A DNA stretch of 61,763 nucleotides from Gallionellaceae bacterium (GTDB taxonomy: Bacteria; Pseudomonadota; Gammaproteobacteria; Burkholderiales; Gallionellaceae). A model generated the notes under the pieces. It was not told the DNA's origin, did not search any database, and worked only from the letters and a program-made list of their open reading frames with translations. The position numbers were made by a program, and so were the translations under genes. The stretch is taken from the NCBI GenBank assembly GCA_003445795.1, contig DMCN01000066.1:23294-85056 (forward strand), in the 5' to 3' direction. Each line of letters opens with the position of its first letter. Position 1 is the first letter of the stretch. Below are positions 43,975 to 55,681 of this stretch, in pieces.

Positions 43975-45222
43975 TCAATCCGGCAGCGCGACCTTGTTGT
44001 CGGTGCTGAACTGGTAGTCCTTGAAGATGTGTTCCGCGCTCAGGATCTGATATTTCCCATCCTCCGCCTTGCGCGTTGTGTCCTTGAGACGGTAAGTGAG
44101 CTGGCCGCAGGTCCAGCATTTGAAGTTACGCATGTGCGTGCACAGGCAGGTCTTGTCGAACACCGCGATCTTCTTCTCGCCCGGATGCAGCGCAACTTCG
44201 CGGTTGTAGGAGTCGATGTAATCGCAATGGCCGTTAGCATCGAGCAGGTAGCCGTAGGATTCGCAGCCGGGACGGATGCCGGAACCGATGGACGGGCTGT
44301 TCTTCAACATGCGCATCGGGTAGCCGGTGGGCGAGGTGGTGTTCACTTCGATGTCGTTCTCGCTGGCCTTGAAGTATTCCTGCTGCACTTCGGCGGGCAG
44401 ACCGCATTCCTCGGCGACGGTGAAACGCGTCGCCACCTGCACGGCGGCGGCGCCCTCTTCCAGGAACGCGGTGGCGTCGCTGCCGGTAAAGATACCGCCG
44501 GCCGGGATCACCGGGATGTCGAGCTTCTCATCACGCAGGTACTGGTGGATCTCATTCGTGATCGTACGCAGATCGTACTTCATCCAGTCGTCAAGACCGA
44601 AGCCGAGGTGGCCGCCGGCCAGCGGGCCTTCGACCACGATGTAGTCGGGCAGACGGTTGGTGCGCGCGTTCTTGCGCAGGAACAGCTGCAACGCGCGCAG
44701 CGAGGAGACGATGATGCCGAGCTTCACGTCGCGGAAACGCGGATGATCCTCGATCAGGCCGAACGAGCCCAGATGCAGACCGGCCGCCAGCGTGATGCCG
44801 TCGATGCCCGCCGACATGGCTTCCCACAGGCGCACCTTGAGTGTCTCCTTGGGCGCGTTCATGGTCAGCTTTTCCATGCAGTTGATGAAGATCGCACCGG
44901 AGCCGCGTTTGGCTTCCATGGTCTTGCTCACGTGCAGGCGGGTGGATTCGGCGATATGACCAAGGTCGAACTTGACCTCGGACTTGTTGGAATTGTCGAT
45001 GTTGTACTTGAACTGCTGCAGCTTGGTCTTGACGAAGTCGGTGTCGTAGCGGCGGTCCGTTACGGTAGGCAGCATGGCATCGGAGATATGACCGACACCG
45101 CCCAGACGCGCCGCTTCCAGCGCGAGTTCCGCCGTGGAGATGTCCACGCCCATGCCCCCGATCATGATCGGGACCAGCTCTTGTTTGCCGAACTTCAGGC
45201 GGAAGTCATCTACACGTTTCAT
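43975..45222 (-). CDS. Nitronate monooxygenase/2-nitropropane dioxygenase-family flavoprotein with a Cys-rich C-terminus
   Basis: 'IMIGGMGVDIS', 'VEGPLAGGHLG', 'IPAGGIF', 'VQVATRF'. Confidence 0.85.
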   Translation of the reverse strand: MKRVDDFRLKFGKQELVPIMIGGMGVDISTAELALEAARLGGVGHISDAMLPTVTDRRYDTDFVKTKLQQFKYNIDNSNKSEVKFDLGHIAESTRLHVSKTMEAKRGSGAIFINCMEKLTMNAPKETLKVRLWEAMSAGIDGITLAAGLHLGSFGLIEDHPRFRDVKLGIIVSSLRALQLFLRKNARTNRLPDYIVVEGPLAGGHLGFGLDDWMKYDLRTITNEIHQYLRDEKLDIPVIPAGGIFTGSDATAFLEEGAAAVQVATRFTVAEECGLPAEVQQEYFKASENDIEVNTTSPTGYPMRMLKNSPSIGSGIRPGCESYGYLLDANGHCDYIDSYNREVALHPGEKKIAVFDKTCLCTHMRNFKCWTCGQLTYRLKDTTRKAEDGKYQILSAEHIFKDYQFSTDNKVALPD

Positions 45223-45264
45223 TGTTTCTCTCGCTCCGGATGCTTGTTGTTCTGTCTCCAGGTT

Positions 45265-46668
45265 CTAGATGACCTTGGAGTAATGCGCACGCTCCTGCTT
45301 TTCGCGCAGGTATTTGTCGAAGACCATGCAGATGTTGCGGATGAGCATGCGGCCCTTGGGTGTGACGTTGAGCCATTTCGGCGACATCACCAGCAACCCC
45401 TCCTTTTCGTAGTCGGCCAGCTCTTTGAGCTCGGCGGCGAAGTACTGATCGAAATCGATCTGCCAGGCGGTATTGAAGGACTCTTTGGAAATCTCGAAAT
45501 GGCACATCAGCGCCTGGATGATGGCACGGCGTATCTCGTCGTCACGATTCAGTTCCATGCCGCGCATGATGGGCAGGACATCCTTGTCCAGCGCGTCGTA
45601 ATACGGTTCCAACTCGCGGAAGTTCTGGCTGTAGGTCGGGCCGACCTTGCCGATGGAGCTGACGCCGACGGCGATGAGGTCGCAATCGGAGTGGGTGGAG
45701 TAGCCCTGGAAGTTGCGGTGCAGGCGGCCTTCGCGCTGCGCCACGGCCAGCTCGTCGTCCGGCTTGGCAAAGTGGTCCATGCCGATGTACACATAGCCCG
45801 CATCGGTGAGCGTATTTACCGCCAGCTTGAGGATATCGAGCTTGGTTTGCGCTGCCGGCAGGTCTTCGTCATGGATGCGGCGCTGCGGCTTGAACAGCTT
45901 GGGCATGTGCGCGTAGTTGTAGATGGAGAGGCGATCGGGATTCACCGCGATGACCTTGTCCAGCGTAGTCTTGAAGCCTGCGATGGTCTGCTTGGGCAGG
46001 CCGTAGATGAGGTCGATGCTCACCGACTGGAAGCCGTTGGCGCGCGCAGCCTTGATGACCTGCAGCGTCTCTTCCTCGCTCTGGATGCGGTTGACCGCCT
46101 TTTGCACTTCGGGGTCGAAGTCCTGCACGCCGATGCTGATGCGGTTGAAGCCCATGCCGCCGAGCAGGGCGACGGTGGCGTCGCTGACCTTGCGCGGGTC
46201 GATCTCGATGGAATATTCACCATCCTTCACCAGCTCGAAGTTCTTGCGGATGGCATCCATCACGGTGCGCAGCTCGGCATCACTCAGGAAGGTCGGAGTG
46301 CCGCCGCCGAAGTGCAGTTGCTCGACGCGGCGATCCTTGCCCAGCAGAGCGGCCTGCATCCCGATCTCTTTGGTCAGGTACTGGACGTACTGGTCGGCTT
46401 TGCTGAAATCCTTGGTGACGACCTTGTTGCAGGCGCAATAAAAGCAGAGGGTGTTGCAGAACGGGATGTGGACGTACAGCGAGAGGGCGCGGGAGCTGCC
46501 GACGGTCTCGCGCTTGCGCACCCACTGGATGTAAGTTTCGGCATTGAACGCCTCGGCGAAACGGTCCGCCGTGGGGTAGGAAGTGTAGCGCGGGCCGTTC
46601 TTGTCCAGACGGCGGATCAGGTCCAGATCGACCTCGAGCTGAGAGCTTATTTCTCTAATGGCTGACAT
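45265..46668 (-). CDS. hemN: Oxygen-independent coproporphyrinogen III oxidase
   Basis: 'GPRYTSYPTA', 'HIPFCNTLCFYCAC', 'FGGGTPT', 'RNFQGYST'. Confidence 0.97.
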   Translation of the reverse strand: MSAIREISSQLEVDLDLIRRLDKNGPRYTSYPTADRFAEAFNAETYIQWVRKRETVGSSRALSLYVHIPFCNTLCFYCACNKVVTKDFSKADQYVQYLTKEIGMQAALLGKDRRVEQLHFGGGTPTFLSDAELRTVMDAIRKNFELVKDGEYSIEIDPRKVSDATVALLGGMGFNRISIGVQDFDPEVQKAVNRIQSEEETLQVIKAARANGFQSVSIDLIYGLPKQTIAGFKTTLDKVIAVNPDRLSIYNYAHMPKLFKPQRRIHDEDLPAAQTKLDILKLAVNTLTDAGYVYIGMDHFAKPDDELAVAQREGRLHRNFQGYSTHSDCDLIAVGVSSIGKVGPTYSQNFRELEPYYDALDKDVLPIMRGMELNRDDEIRRAIIQALMCHFEISKESFNTAWQIDFDQYFAAELKELADYEKEGLLVMSPKWLNVTPKGRMLIRNICMVFDKYLREKQERAHYSKVI

Positions 46669-46725
46669 GGTAAAGCTTGAATCTCATCGGTTTCTTGGAA
46701 AGTCGCAGGATACCGCAAAATGGGT

Positions 46726-46739
46726 TTGATATAGGTCAA
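46726..46739. promoter_or_regulatory. FNR box between hemN and fnr
   Basis: TTGAT-ATAG-GTCAA (1 mismatch to TTGAT-N4-ATCAA). Confidence 0.75.
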
Positions 46740-46792
46740 ATTCCATGTCATATTCCGGCCCCCTTGACGTGCAATAACCTCATAGATCACAA

Positions 46793-47512
46793 GTGCAATC
46801 GACCTCTCATTCCTGCCCGCGCACCGCCTGCTCCGGCTGCTCCCTGCGCAAATTGTGCCTACCCGTTGATCTGAGCGACGAGGACACGGGGCGTCTGGAC
46901 GCACTGACCAGCCTCAAGCGTCCGGTACAGCGCGGTGACTACCTGTTCCGGCGCGGCGAAGATTTCCGCTCCCTGTTCGCCATCCGCACCGGCTTCTTCA
47001 AGACCCAGGTGCTGCACAAGGACGGGCGCGAGCAGGTGACCGGTTTCCAGATGTCGGGCGAGATCATCGGCCTGGATGCGATCAGTTCGGACGTGCACGC
47101 CTGCGATGCGGTCGCACTGGAGGACGGCGAGATCTGCGAGATCCCCTTTGATCGCCTGGAAGCACTGAGCCGCGAGGTGCCGGGACTACAGCGCCACCTG
47201 CACAAGCTGATGAGCCGCGAGATCGTGCGCGACCACAACATCATGATGCTGCTCGGCTCGATGCGTGCGGAAGAACGCTTGGCCGCCTTTCTGCTCAACC
47301 TGTCGCAGCGTTTCGGCGCGCGCGGCCATTCACCCACCGCGCTCTACCTGCGCATGACCCGGCAGGAGATCGGCAACTATCTCGGACTGAAACTGGAGAC
47401 GGTCAGCCGCACCCTTTCCCAGTTCCAGGAACATGGTTTACTCAACGTGCGTCTGCGCGAGGTGGAGATCATGGACATGCTGCGGCTGCGCAGCTTCGTC
47501 GGCGGCACCTGA
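46793..47512 (+). CDS. fnr: FNR/Anr O2-sensing regulator
   Basis: 'CSGCSLRKLCLP', 'CEIP', HTH 'MTRQEIGNYLGLKLETVSR'. Confidence 0.93.
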   Translation: MQSTSHSCPRTACSGCSLRKLCLPVDLSDEDTGRLDALTSLKRPVQRGDYLFRRGEDFRSLFAIRTGFFKTQVLHKDGREQVTGFQMSGEIIGLDAISSDVHACDAVALEDGEICEIPFDRLEALSREVPGLQRHLHKLMSREIVRDHNIMMLLGSMRAEERLAAFLLNLSQRFGARGHSPTALYLRMTRQEIGNYLGLKLETVSRTLSQFQEHGLLNVRLREVEIMDMLRLRSFVGGT

Positions 47513-47613
47513 CACGCCCGAATGCGTCGATTCGCAGCATCCCAAGGCTCTGGAGAAACTGGTATCCTATTGCGGATAACAAGCTTCTATAACGAGGATC
47601 GAGGGAGACCAGC

Positions 47614-48135
47614 ATGCATGAGCGTTTTGAGATATCAAAGGAAGAGAGTTTCCGCGCCAAATGGCCGCACGAGATATTCCTGATCAACCTGGTCTTCAAC
47701 CATATCCTGGTGTTCGCTTCCACCTTCGGCGTGTTCAGCACCTTTCCGCTGATGGTGCTGATCGTGCCGATCACTTCCTTCGCCATCACCGGCTACATCC
47801 TGATCAAAGCCAGACAGATTGCCAAGGGCAACGAGACCTGGTTCGTCAAATCGCACTGGGCAATTGCCGACAAACGCAACAAACACTTCATGTGGCTGCT
47901 GGTCATCACCTGCATCATCGTCGGCGGCGGGTTGCTTATCTCCAAGTTGATGGGCTGGTCCAAAATCGCCACCATCGCGCTGATCGGCGGGTTCGGCCTG
48001 CTACCGTTCATGGTGTCGTTGCTGGTCCTGATCGTGCTGGGCAACGATTCGATGTATCAGGCGCGCCATGGCAAACTGCCCAAGCGTTTTGTCGAGCAAA
48101 ATCCGGATTCCTCAAATCCAAACACTTCCACTTAA
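47614..48135 (+). CDS. Hypothetical multi-pass membrane protein
   Basis: Four hydrophobic segments; GGGAGA RBS. Confidence 0.7.
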   Translation: MHERFEISKEESFRAKWPHEIFLINLVFNHILVFASTFGVFSTFPLMVLIVPITSFAITGYILIKARQIAKGNETWFVKSHWAIADKRNKHFMWLLVITCIIVGGGLLISKLMGWSKIATIALIGGFGLLPFMVSLLVLIVLGNDSMYQARHGKLPKRFVEQNPDSSNPNTST

Positions 48136-48153
48136 CCAACCTTCTGTTCAATC

Positions 48154-48828
48154 ATGTCAACTGAAAGCAAGATCTATTGGGGCGTCGGCATCGTGTCGGT
48201 GCTGCTGCTCGTCGGCACCTACTTCCTCCCGGGCAAACCCAGCCGTGCTGACGATGTGCCATGGCATATCGAACACCCCGCACCCGATTCCGTGCGCGTC
48301 TTCGGACTGACGCTGGGCGAGGCGACAGCCGGCGAGGCCGAGGAGCGTTTCAGGGAGGAAGGCAAACCCAGTATGTTCAAGAGTCCCGATGGGACGCTGG
48401 TCGCCGAGATGTTCTTCGAACAGGTCGATATGGCCGGTCTGCGCTCCAAGGTCGTGGTGACCATCGCCGTACCCGAGACCGAATTGAAGGAGATGTACGA
48501 ACGCGGCTTGCGCATGGCCGCAACCGGAAGCGGCAAGAAGATCACGATGACCACGGACGATGTGGCCAGACTGCGCATTTCACCGATCAGCAGCCTGACC
48601 TATATGCCCGGGGTGCGGGTGGAAGAGGCGATGTTCCTAAAACGTTTCGGCGAGCCGGCCATGCGCATCCAGGAGAAAAAGAACAGCGCGGTACACTGGC
48701 TGTATCCGCAGAACGGTCTGGACATCACGCTGGGCGGCGGCGAGAAGCCGTTATTGCAGTACGTACCGCCCAAGGATTTCGATCGCTTGCTGGCCCCGCT
48801 GAAAGCGGAAGGCGAAGCACTGAAGTAA
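48154..48828 (+). CDS. Hypothetical membrane-anchored periplasmic protein
   Basis: N-terminal TM then soluble domain 'VPWHI...VFGLTLG'. Confidence 0.7.
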   Translation: MSTESKIYWGVGIVSVLLLVGTYFLPGKPSRADDVPWHIEHPAPDSVRVFGLTLGEATAGEAEERFREEGKPSMFKSPDGTLVAEMFFEQVDMAGLRSKVVVTIAVPETELKEMYERGLRMAATGSGKKITMTTDDVARLRISPISSLTYMPGVRVEEAMFLKRFGEPAMRIQEKKNSAVHWLYPQNGLDITLGGGEKPLLQYVPPKDFDRLLAPLKAEGEALK

Positions 48829-48844
48829 CGCGACTCGCGGACGC

Positions 48845-49042
48845 CTACTTCTTGTTGGCATCCGGCGCTTTCGTCTCGTCCGGACGGCGCACGGAAACTT
48901 CGTCGTCGTCATCCAGCAGGATGCGGTTGGCGCTGCCTTCCATATCCTCGTACTGCCCCTTCTTCACCGCCCACACCAGCACGACGACGAACAGCACGCC
49001 GAAGAACATCATGCCGGGTATCAAGCTGTAGATCACTTCCAT
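48845..49042 (-). CDS. ccoS: cbb3 assembly protein CcoS
   Basis: 'WAVKKGQYEDMEGSANRILLDDD'. Confidence 0.92.
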   Translation of the reverse strand: MEVIYSLIPGMMFFGVLFVVVLVWAVKKGQYEDMEGSANRILLDDDDEVSVRRPDETKAPDANKK

Positions 49043-49050
49043 CGTTCACC

Positions 49051-51513
<2,463 letters not shown>

Positions 51514-51529
51514 GCTGACTACCCGTTAA

Positions 51530-52042
51530 TTACGATGCAACATCAACCATGAACTTGTCGGTATTGACCCCGAATCGCTCCTCGCCGCGCTGCACGCGGA
51601 GATGCAATTCCCAATAGCCCTTGAGCGGGAAATTGATGTAACCCTGGTAACGGCCGGCCGCCACTTCTTTGAAGGAAGTGGTGAAGTCCTTGCTGGAGTC
51701 GGAGGCGCGATACGCATCCACATCCAGCGTACCGCTCACCGGTTTGCCGTCGCGATCGGTGATGCTGATCTCATAGACCACCGGGGTTCCCATGACGATG
51801 GATTTCGGTTTCTTGATCTCCGTCTGCCATGCCAGTGCCTGCTTGGTCCTGAGCTCGCTCAACAACAGATCGTTCGACTTGCGATCCTTGGTCTTGTAGT
51901 CGCGTTCGACCAGCTCCGATTTGCCGTCCTTCATGGTGAACCAAATGAAGGTGGCGTTCACGGCCAACACCACGGTGATCAGCGCCATCATGCCGAGCAC
52001 CCAGGGATTGCGCAGTCCGGACTTGTTGCTTTGCGAGATCAT
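51530..52042 (-). CDS. ccoH: FixH/CcoH protein
   Basis: 'NPWV', TM, 'LVERDY', 'GRYQG....PLKGYWEL'. Confidence 0.85.
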   Translation of the reverse strand: MISQSNKSGLRNPWVLGMMALITVVLAVNATFIWFTMKDGKSELVERDYKTKDRKSNDLLLSELRTKQALAWQTEIKKPKSIVMGTPVVYEISITDRDGKPVSGTLDVDAYRASDSSKDFTTSFKEVAAGRYQGYINFPLKGYWELHLRVQRGEERFGVNTDKFMVDVAS

Positions 52043-52054
52043 ATTTCTCTCCTC

Positions 52055-53491
52055 TTACGGCTTCGGGCCGTTGAAATTGCTGGTGTATTCGGCGAATACG
52101 GTCGGATCTTCCACACCTTCCACCCGGAAGTGGATCGGCGTGATCTCCTGCTTGAGACTCTTGCTGGGCACCTTCACGAAGACCGTAAAGGAGGTGCCGC
52201 GGCCATGATGCGTCAGCGGGGCATTCTCGGCACCGATGAGCACTTGCCCCTCGATTCCGCTCTCTGCGGTGACCTTCACATGGATATCCTTGTCGGTCTT
52301 GTTGAGTACCTTGAACGCGTATTTGTTCTGGATCGAACCGTCGCTCATCTGCACGAACAGCGGCTGCCGCTCCGGCAACACCTTCAGCGACATCGCGCCC
52401 AGATGGGTCAGGCCGTAGATGATGCCGGACATCGCGATGAGGATGATGGTGACATATACCAGTGTGCGGGGATGCTGGTACAACTTGTGTACCGGCTTGC
52501 CCGACATCTCGTCCAGTGAGGCGTAACGGATCAGTCCGCGCGGCTTGCCGACCTTGTCCATGATGGCATCACAGGCGTCCAGACACAGACCGCAGGTGAT
52601 GCAACCCAGCTGTTGGCCGTGACGGATATCCACCCCTGTCGGACAGACCTGCACGCACTGGAAGCAATCGATGCAATCACCCTGCGGCGGCCCGGCTTCA
52701 CCGCCTTTGCGCAGCTTGCCGCGCGGCTCGCCGCGATTGACGTCATAGGTCGGCAGAATAGTCTGCGAATCGCCCATCACACCCTGGATACGGGCATAGG
52801 GACACAGCCAGATGCACGCCTGCTCGCGCAGAAACCCGGCAAGGAGATACGTGCCGACACCAAACAGGGCCAGCACCACCCAGCCCACTTTGGGCAGGTT
52901 GAGATGGATCAGGTTGTTCCAGTATTCGAAAGCGTCAACGAACCAGATGGAGAAACTGATACCGGTCAACAGTGCCAGCAGCAACCACAGCGCATGTTTG
53001 ATCGTTTTTTTCTTGATCTTGTCCAGACTCAGCGGCGCGTCGTCCAATTTGCGGCGGGCGGCCGGATTACCCTCGATCTTGTCCTCCAGCCAGGTATACC
53101 AGTCGGTCCAGGCGGTCTGGAAGCAGAAATAGCCACACCAAACGCGCGAGGCCACGGAAGTCACGGCGAACAGCGTCATCGCCGCGATCAGCAGCAGCAG
53201 CGACAGCATCCAGATATCCTGCGGCAACACCATGATGTCGAAGAAATGGAACTGGCGGTTTTGGATGTCGAACAGGATGGCCTGTTTGTCGTTCCAGCGC
53301 AGATAAGGCACCAGGAAGAAGGGAAGCCAGAGGGCCAGTTGGGTATAGTTCTTGATGGTGCGGAAAAAACCAGGCATGCGCTTGGCATGGATGGTCTTCT
53401 CGCCGCGGTTCACCTGCCATGCTTCGAACTCGTGGTAGATGGTCGTGACCGTCCCCATCTCCTTGTTTTCATTTGCATCACTCACACTCAT
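52055..53491 (-). CDS. ccoG: cbb3 accessory protein CcoG
   Basis: AAGGAG RBS at 53491; 'RVWCGYFCFQT', 'CIWLCPYARIQ', 'CIDCFQCVQVCPTG', 'CITCGLCLDAC'. Confidence 0.95.
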   Translation of the reverse strand: MSVSDANENKEMGTVTTIYHEFEAWQVNRGEKTIHAKRMPGFFRTIKNYTQLALWLPFFLVPYLRWNDKQAILFDIQNRQFHFFDIMVLPQDIWMLSLLLLIAAMTLFAVTSVASRVWCGYFCFQTAWTDWYTWLEDKIEGNPAARRKLDDAPLSLDKIKKKTIKHALWLLLALLTGISFSIWFVDAFEYWNNLIHLNLPKVGWVVLALFGVGTYLLAGFLREQACIWLCPYARIQGVMGDSQTILPTYDVNRGEPRGKLRKGGEAGPPQGDCIDCFQCVQVCPTGVDIRHGQQLGCITCGLCLDACDAIMDKVGKPRGLIRYASLDEMSGKPVHKLYQHPRTLVYVTIILIAMSGIIYGLTHLGAMSLKVLPERQPLFVQMSDGSIQNKYAFKVLNKTDKDIHVKVTAESGIEGQVLIGAENAPLTHHGRGTSFTVFVKVPSKSLKQEITPIHFRVEGVEDPTVFAEYTSNFNGPKP

Positions 53492-53643
53492 TCTCCTTAA
53501 TTTTTTTGGTCCAGAATATCTGACTTCGCCCAAGATACTTCCCAATCTGCTCGATAACCCCACAAGCAGATGCGCAAATACCTTGCCCCATATGAAAAAG
53601 GGAGGAGAGTATAGCTCTCCTCCCTTTCGCAGTGACCAAAAAC

Positions 53644-53769
53644 TTACTTCTTGTCCTGATCCTTGTCTTTGATAGCGTTGCGGTATGCCCTGAAGAGCAG
53701 CCATGCAGGTACTATAATCGAGCCGGCCAAAGAAATAATCACACTCCAAAAAACCATATCTTGATTCAT
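53644..53769 (-). CDS. 41-aa single-TM protein after ccoP
   Basis: MNQDMVFWSVIISLAGSIIVPAWLLFRAYRNAIKDKDQDKK; AAGGAG upstream. Confidence 0.65.
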   Translation of the reverse strand: MNQDMVFWSVIISLAGSIIVPAWLLFRAYRNAIKDKDQDKK

Positions 53770-53823
53770 CTCATTTCTCCTTCTGGTAAAGGTCTGCACG
53801 ACATGCGCCGTGCAGACTGAGAC

Positions 53824-54675
53824 TTACTTGCCGAACTTGTACACGTAGACGGCCAGTTTCTTCATCTCGGCATCGCTCAACTTACCCGCGGCCTGGAAGG
53901 ACGGCATGATGGCAACGCGTGCACCCGGACCGGCATTGACGCCGTTCTCGATGGTGTACTTGATGCCTTCGACAGAACCGTCAAAACGCCAGATGCCGTC
54001 GGTCAGGTTGGCAGAGCCCAGAGCTTGCATACCCTTGCCGTCCGCGCCGTGGCAGGCTGTGCAGCCCTTCTCGGCGAACAGTGGGGTCGAGGTCGGTGTA
54101 CCGGCCGCGATTGCATTGGCCAATGTATCGATCTCGGCAGCAGACAGAATCTCCTTGTGCGCAACCATCACAGCCTGACGACCGCCAACGATGGACGTAT
54201 GGACGTCTTCGATCTTGCCGCCGAACAGCCAGTCATCGTCGTTCAGCTTGGGAGCGATCAGACCTTGTGCATCCGCTGCGCCCACACCATTGGTGCCGTG
54301 GCAAGCTGCGCAGTTGTCACCGAACAGAACCTTGCCGGAACGGGTCACGTACTCGGTCAGCTCGCTGTCAGCCAGGATCGCCGCGGGCGTCATGTCCTTC
54401 AGCTTGGCTTCGTACTTGCCGCGCACTTCGTCCACGATGCTCTTGTCGGCTTCCATCTCGGAGATGGCTGTCCAGCCACCGATACCCTTGAAGAAGCTTT
54501 GCGTATTGGAAACTGGAATGGACGGGTAGTACAGGAAGTACACCACACACCAGATCGCACTGGCGGTCAGTCCCAGCATCCACCACTTGGGCGGTTGATT
54601 GGCGAAGTCAGCCAAGTCGCCGTCCCAGACGTGCCCTGTTGTAGGCACGTCACCTGCATTGTGTTTATCACTCAT
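53824..54675 (-). CDS. ccoP: cbb3 oxidase subunit III (dihaem)
   Basis: 'TTGHVWDG', 'PPKWW', CAACH, CTACH. Confidence 0.95.
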   Translation of the reverse strand: MSDKHNAGDVPTTGHVWDGDLADFANQPPKWWMLGLTASAIWCVVYFLYYPSIPVSNTQSFFKGIGGWTAISEMEADKSIVDEVRGKYEAKLKDMTPAAILADSELTEYVTRSGKVLFGDNCAACHGTNGVGAADAQGLIAPKLNDDDWLFGGKIEDVHTSIVGGRQAVMVAHKEILSAAEIDTLANAIAAGTPTSTPLFAEKGCTACHGADGKGMQALGSANLTDGIWRFDGSVEGIKYTIENGVNAGPGARVAIMPSFQAAGKLSDAEMKKLAVYVYKFGK

Positions 54676-54881
54676 CTTTTTTCTCCCACATTTATATGGT
54701 CTTCGTCATCCAGCGCCATGGAGCGCTGGGACTCGAACGTGGCCTTGTTAGCAGGACGGAATACCATGAAATAGACCGCCACCATACCGACCGCAGAGAC
54801 CAGGACGAAAAACACGCCCAGCCAGTCGTTCGTGGTCATGGCCGCTACATCCATGCCAAGGTACCCCATCAGCTTAGTCAC
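54672..54881 (-). CDS. ccoQ: cbb3 oxidase subunit IV
   Basis: Single TM and 'FRPANKATFESQRSMALDDED'. Confidence 0.85.
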   Translation of the reverse strand: MTKLMGYLGMDVAAMTTNDWLGVFFVLVSAVGMVAVYFMVFRPANKATFESQRSMALDDEDHINVGEKR

Positions 54882-55671
54882 GGTAGTTCACGCCCTCTTC
54901 GAACTTGATGTGGTTACCCATGCCCTGCAGGTAAGCAACCAAGGCTTCCATCTCGGTCTTGCCTTCCAACTGCGCAGCTGCGCCGTCGATGTAGGCATCC
55001 GTGTAGATGGTCTTCGGAATCGGGTTGAACGGCATGATGGTCAGGACCTTCATCGTTTGCACGGTCTCTTCCACATTCACCTTACCGTTTGCCAGCCAGA
55101 AGTAGTTCGGCATGACAGACTCGGGCACCACTTGGCGCGGATAGCTCAGATGGCGGATATGCCATTCATCCGAGTACTTGCCGCCGACGCGGGCCAGATC
55201 AGGACCGGTACGCTTGGAGCCCCACTGATAAGTGTGGTCATACATGGACTCTTCTGCGATCGAATAGTGGCCATAACGGTCTTTTTCGTCACGGAACGGA
55301 CGGATCATCTGCGAGTGGCACAGGTAGCAACCTTCGCGGATGTAGACGTTACGACCGGCCAACTCCAGAGGCTTGTACGGACGCACGCCGTCACCGGCTT
55401 GCCATTCGTCCAGCGTCTTGTGGGCAGAGGTCGCCGGATTCCAGACGATCTTGTCCATCGAGATGACGTTGCCATCCTTGTCCTTGTGGGCCGTACCGTT
55501 GTAGGTGCCGTCGCCGCCGGTAACGGCAGTGTTCGGTAGATAGAACAACGGGACGATTTCCACGATACCGCCGATCGCCACAGCGATCGCGGTTACCACA
55601 AACATCAGGACTGTGCTGCGTTCGATCTTGTCCTGAAATTTGGTCGAATAGATTTTGTCGTGATCAGACAT
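54874..55671 (-). CDS. ccoO: cbb3 oxidase subunit II (monohaem)
   Basis: 'YIREGCYLCHSQMIRP', 'WGSKRTGPDLARVGGKYS', 'SVMPNY'. Confidence 0.96.
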   Translation of the reverse strand: MSDHDKIYSTKFQDKIERSTVLMFVVTAIAVAIGGIVEIVPLFYLPNTAVTGGDGTYNGTAHKDKDGNVISMDKIVWNPATSAHKTLDEWQAGDGVRPYKPLELAGRNVYIREGCYLCHSQMIRPFRDEKDRYGHYSIAEESMYDHTYQWGSKRTGPDLARVGGKYSDEWHIRHLSYPRQVVPESVMPNYFWLANGKVNVEETVQTMKVLTIMPFNPIPKTIYTDAYIDGAAAQLEGKTEMEALVAYLQGMGNHIKFEEGVNYRD

Positions 55672-55681
55672 GTCTCACTCC

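Noticed and set aside
44029-46665. 878-aa plus-strand ORF (likewise 34938-36461, 55670-57310, 60331-61656)
   Set aside because: Antisense shadows of hemN/NMO, J, ccoN and cydA; no RBS or motifs.
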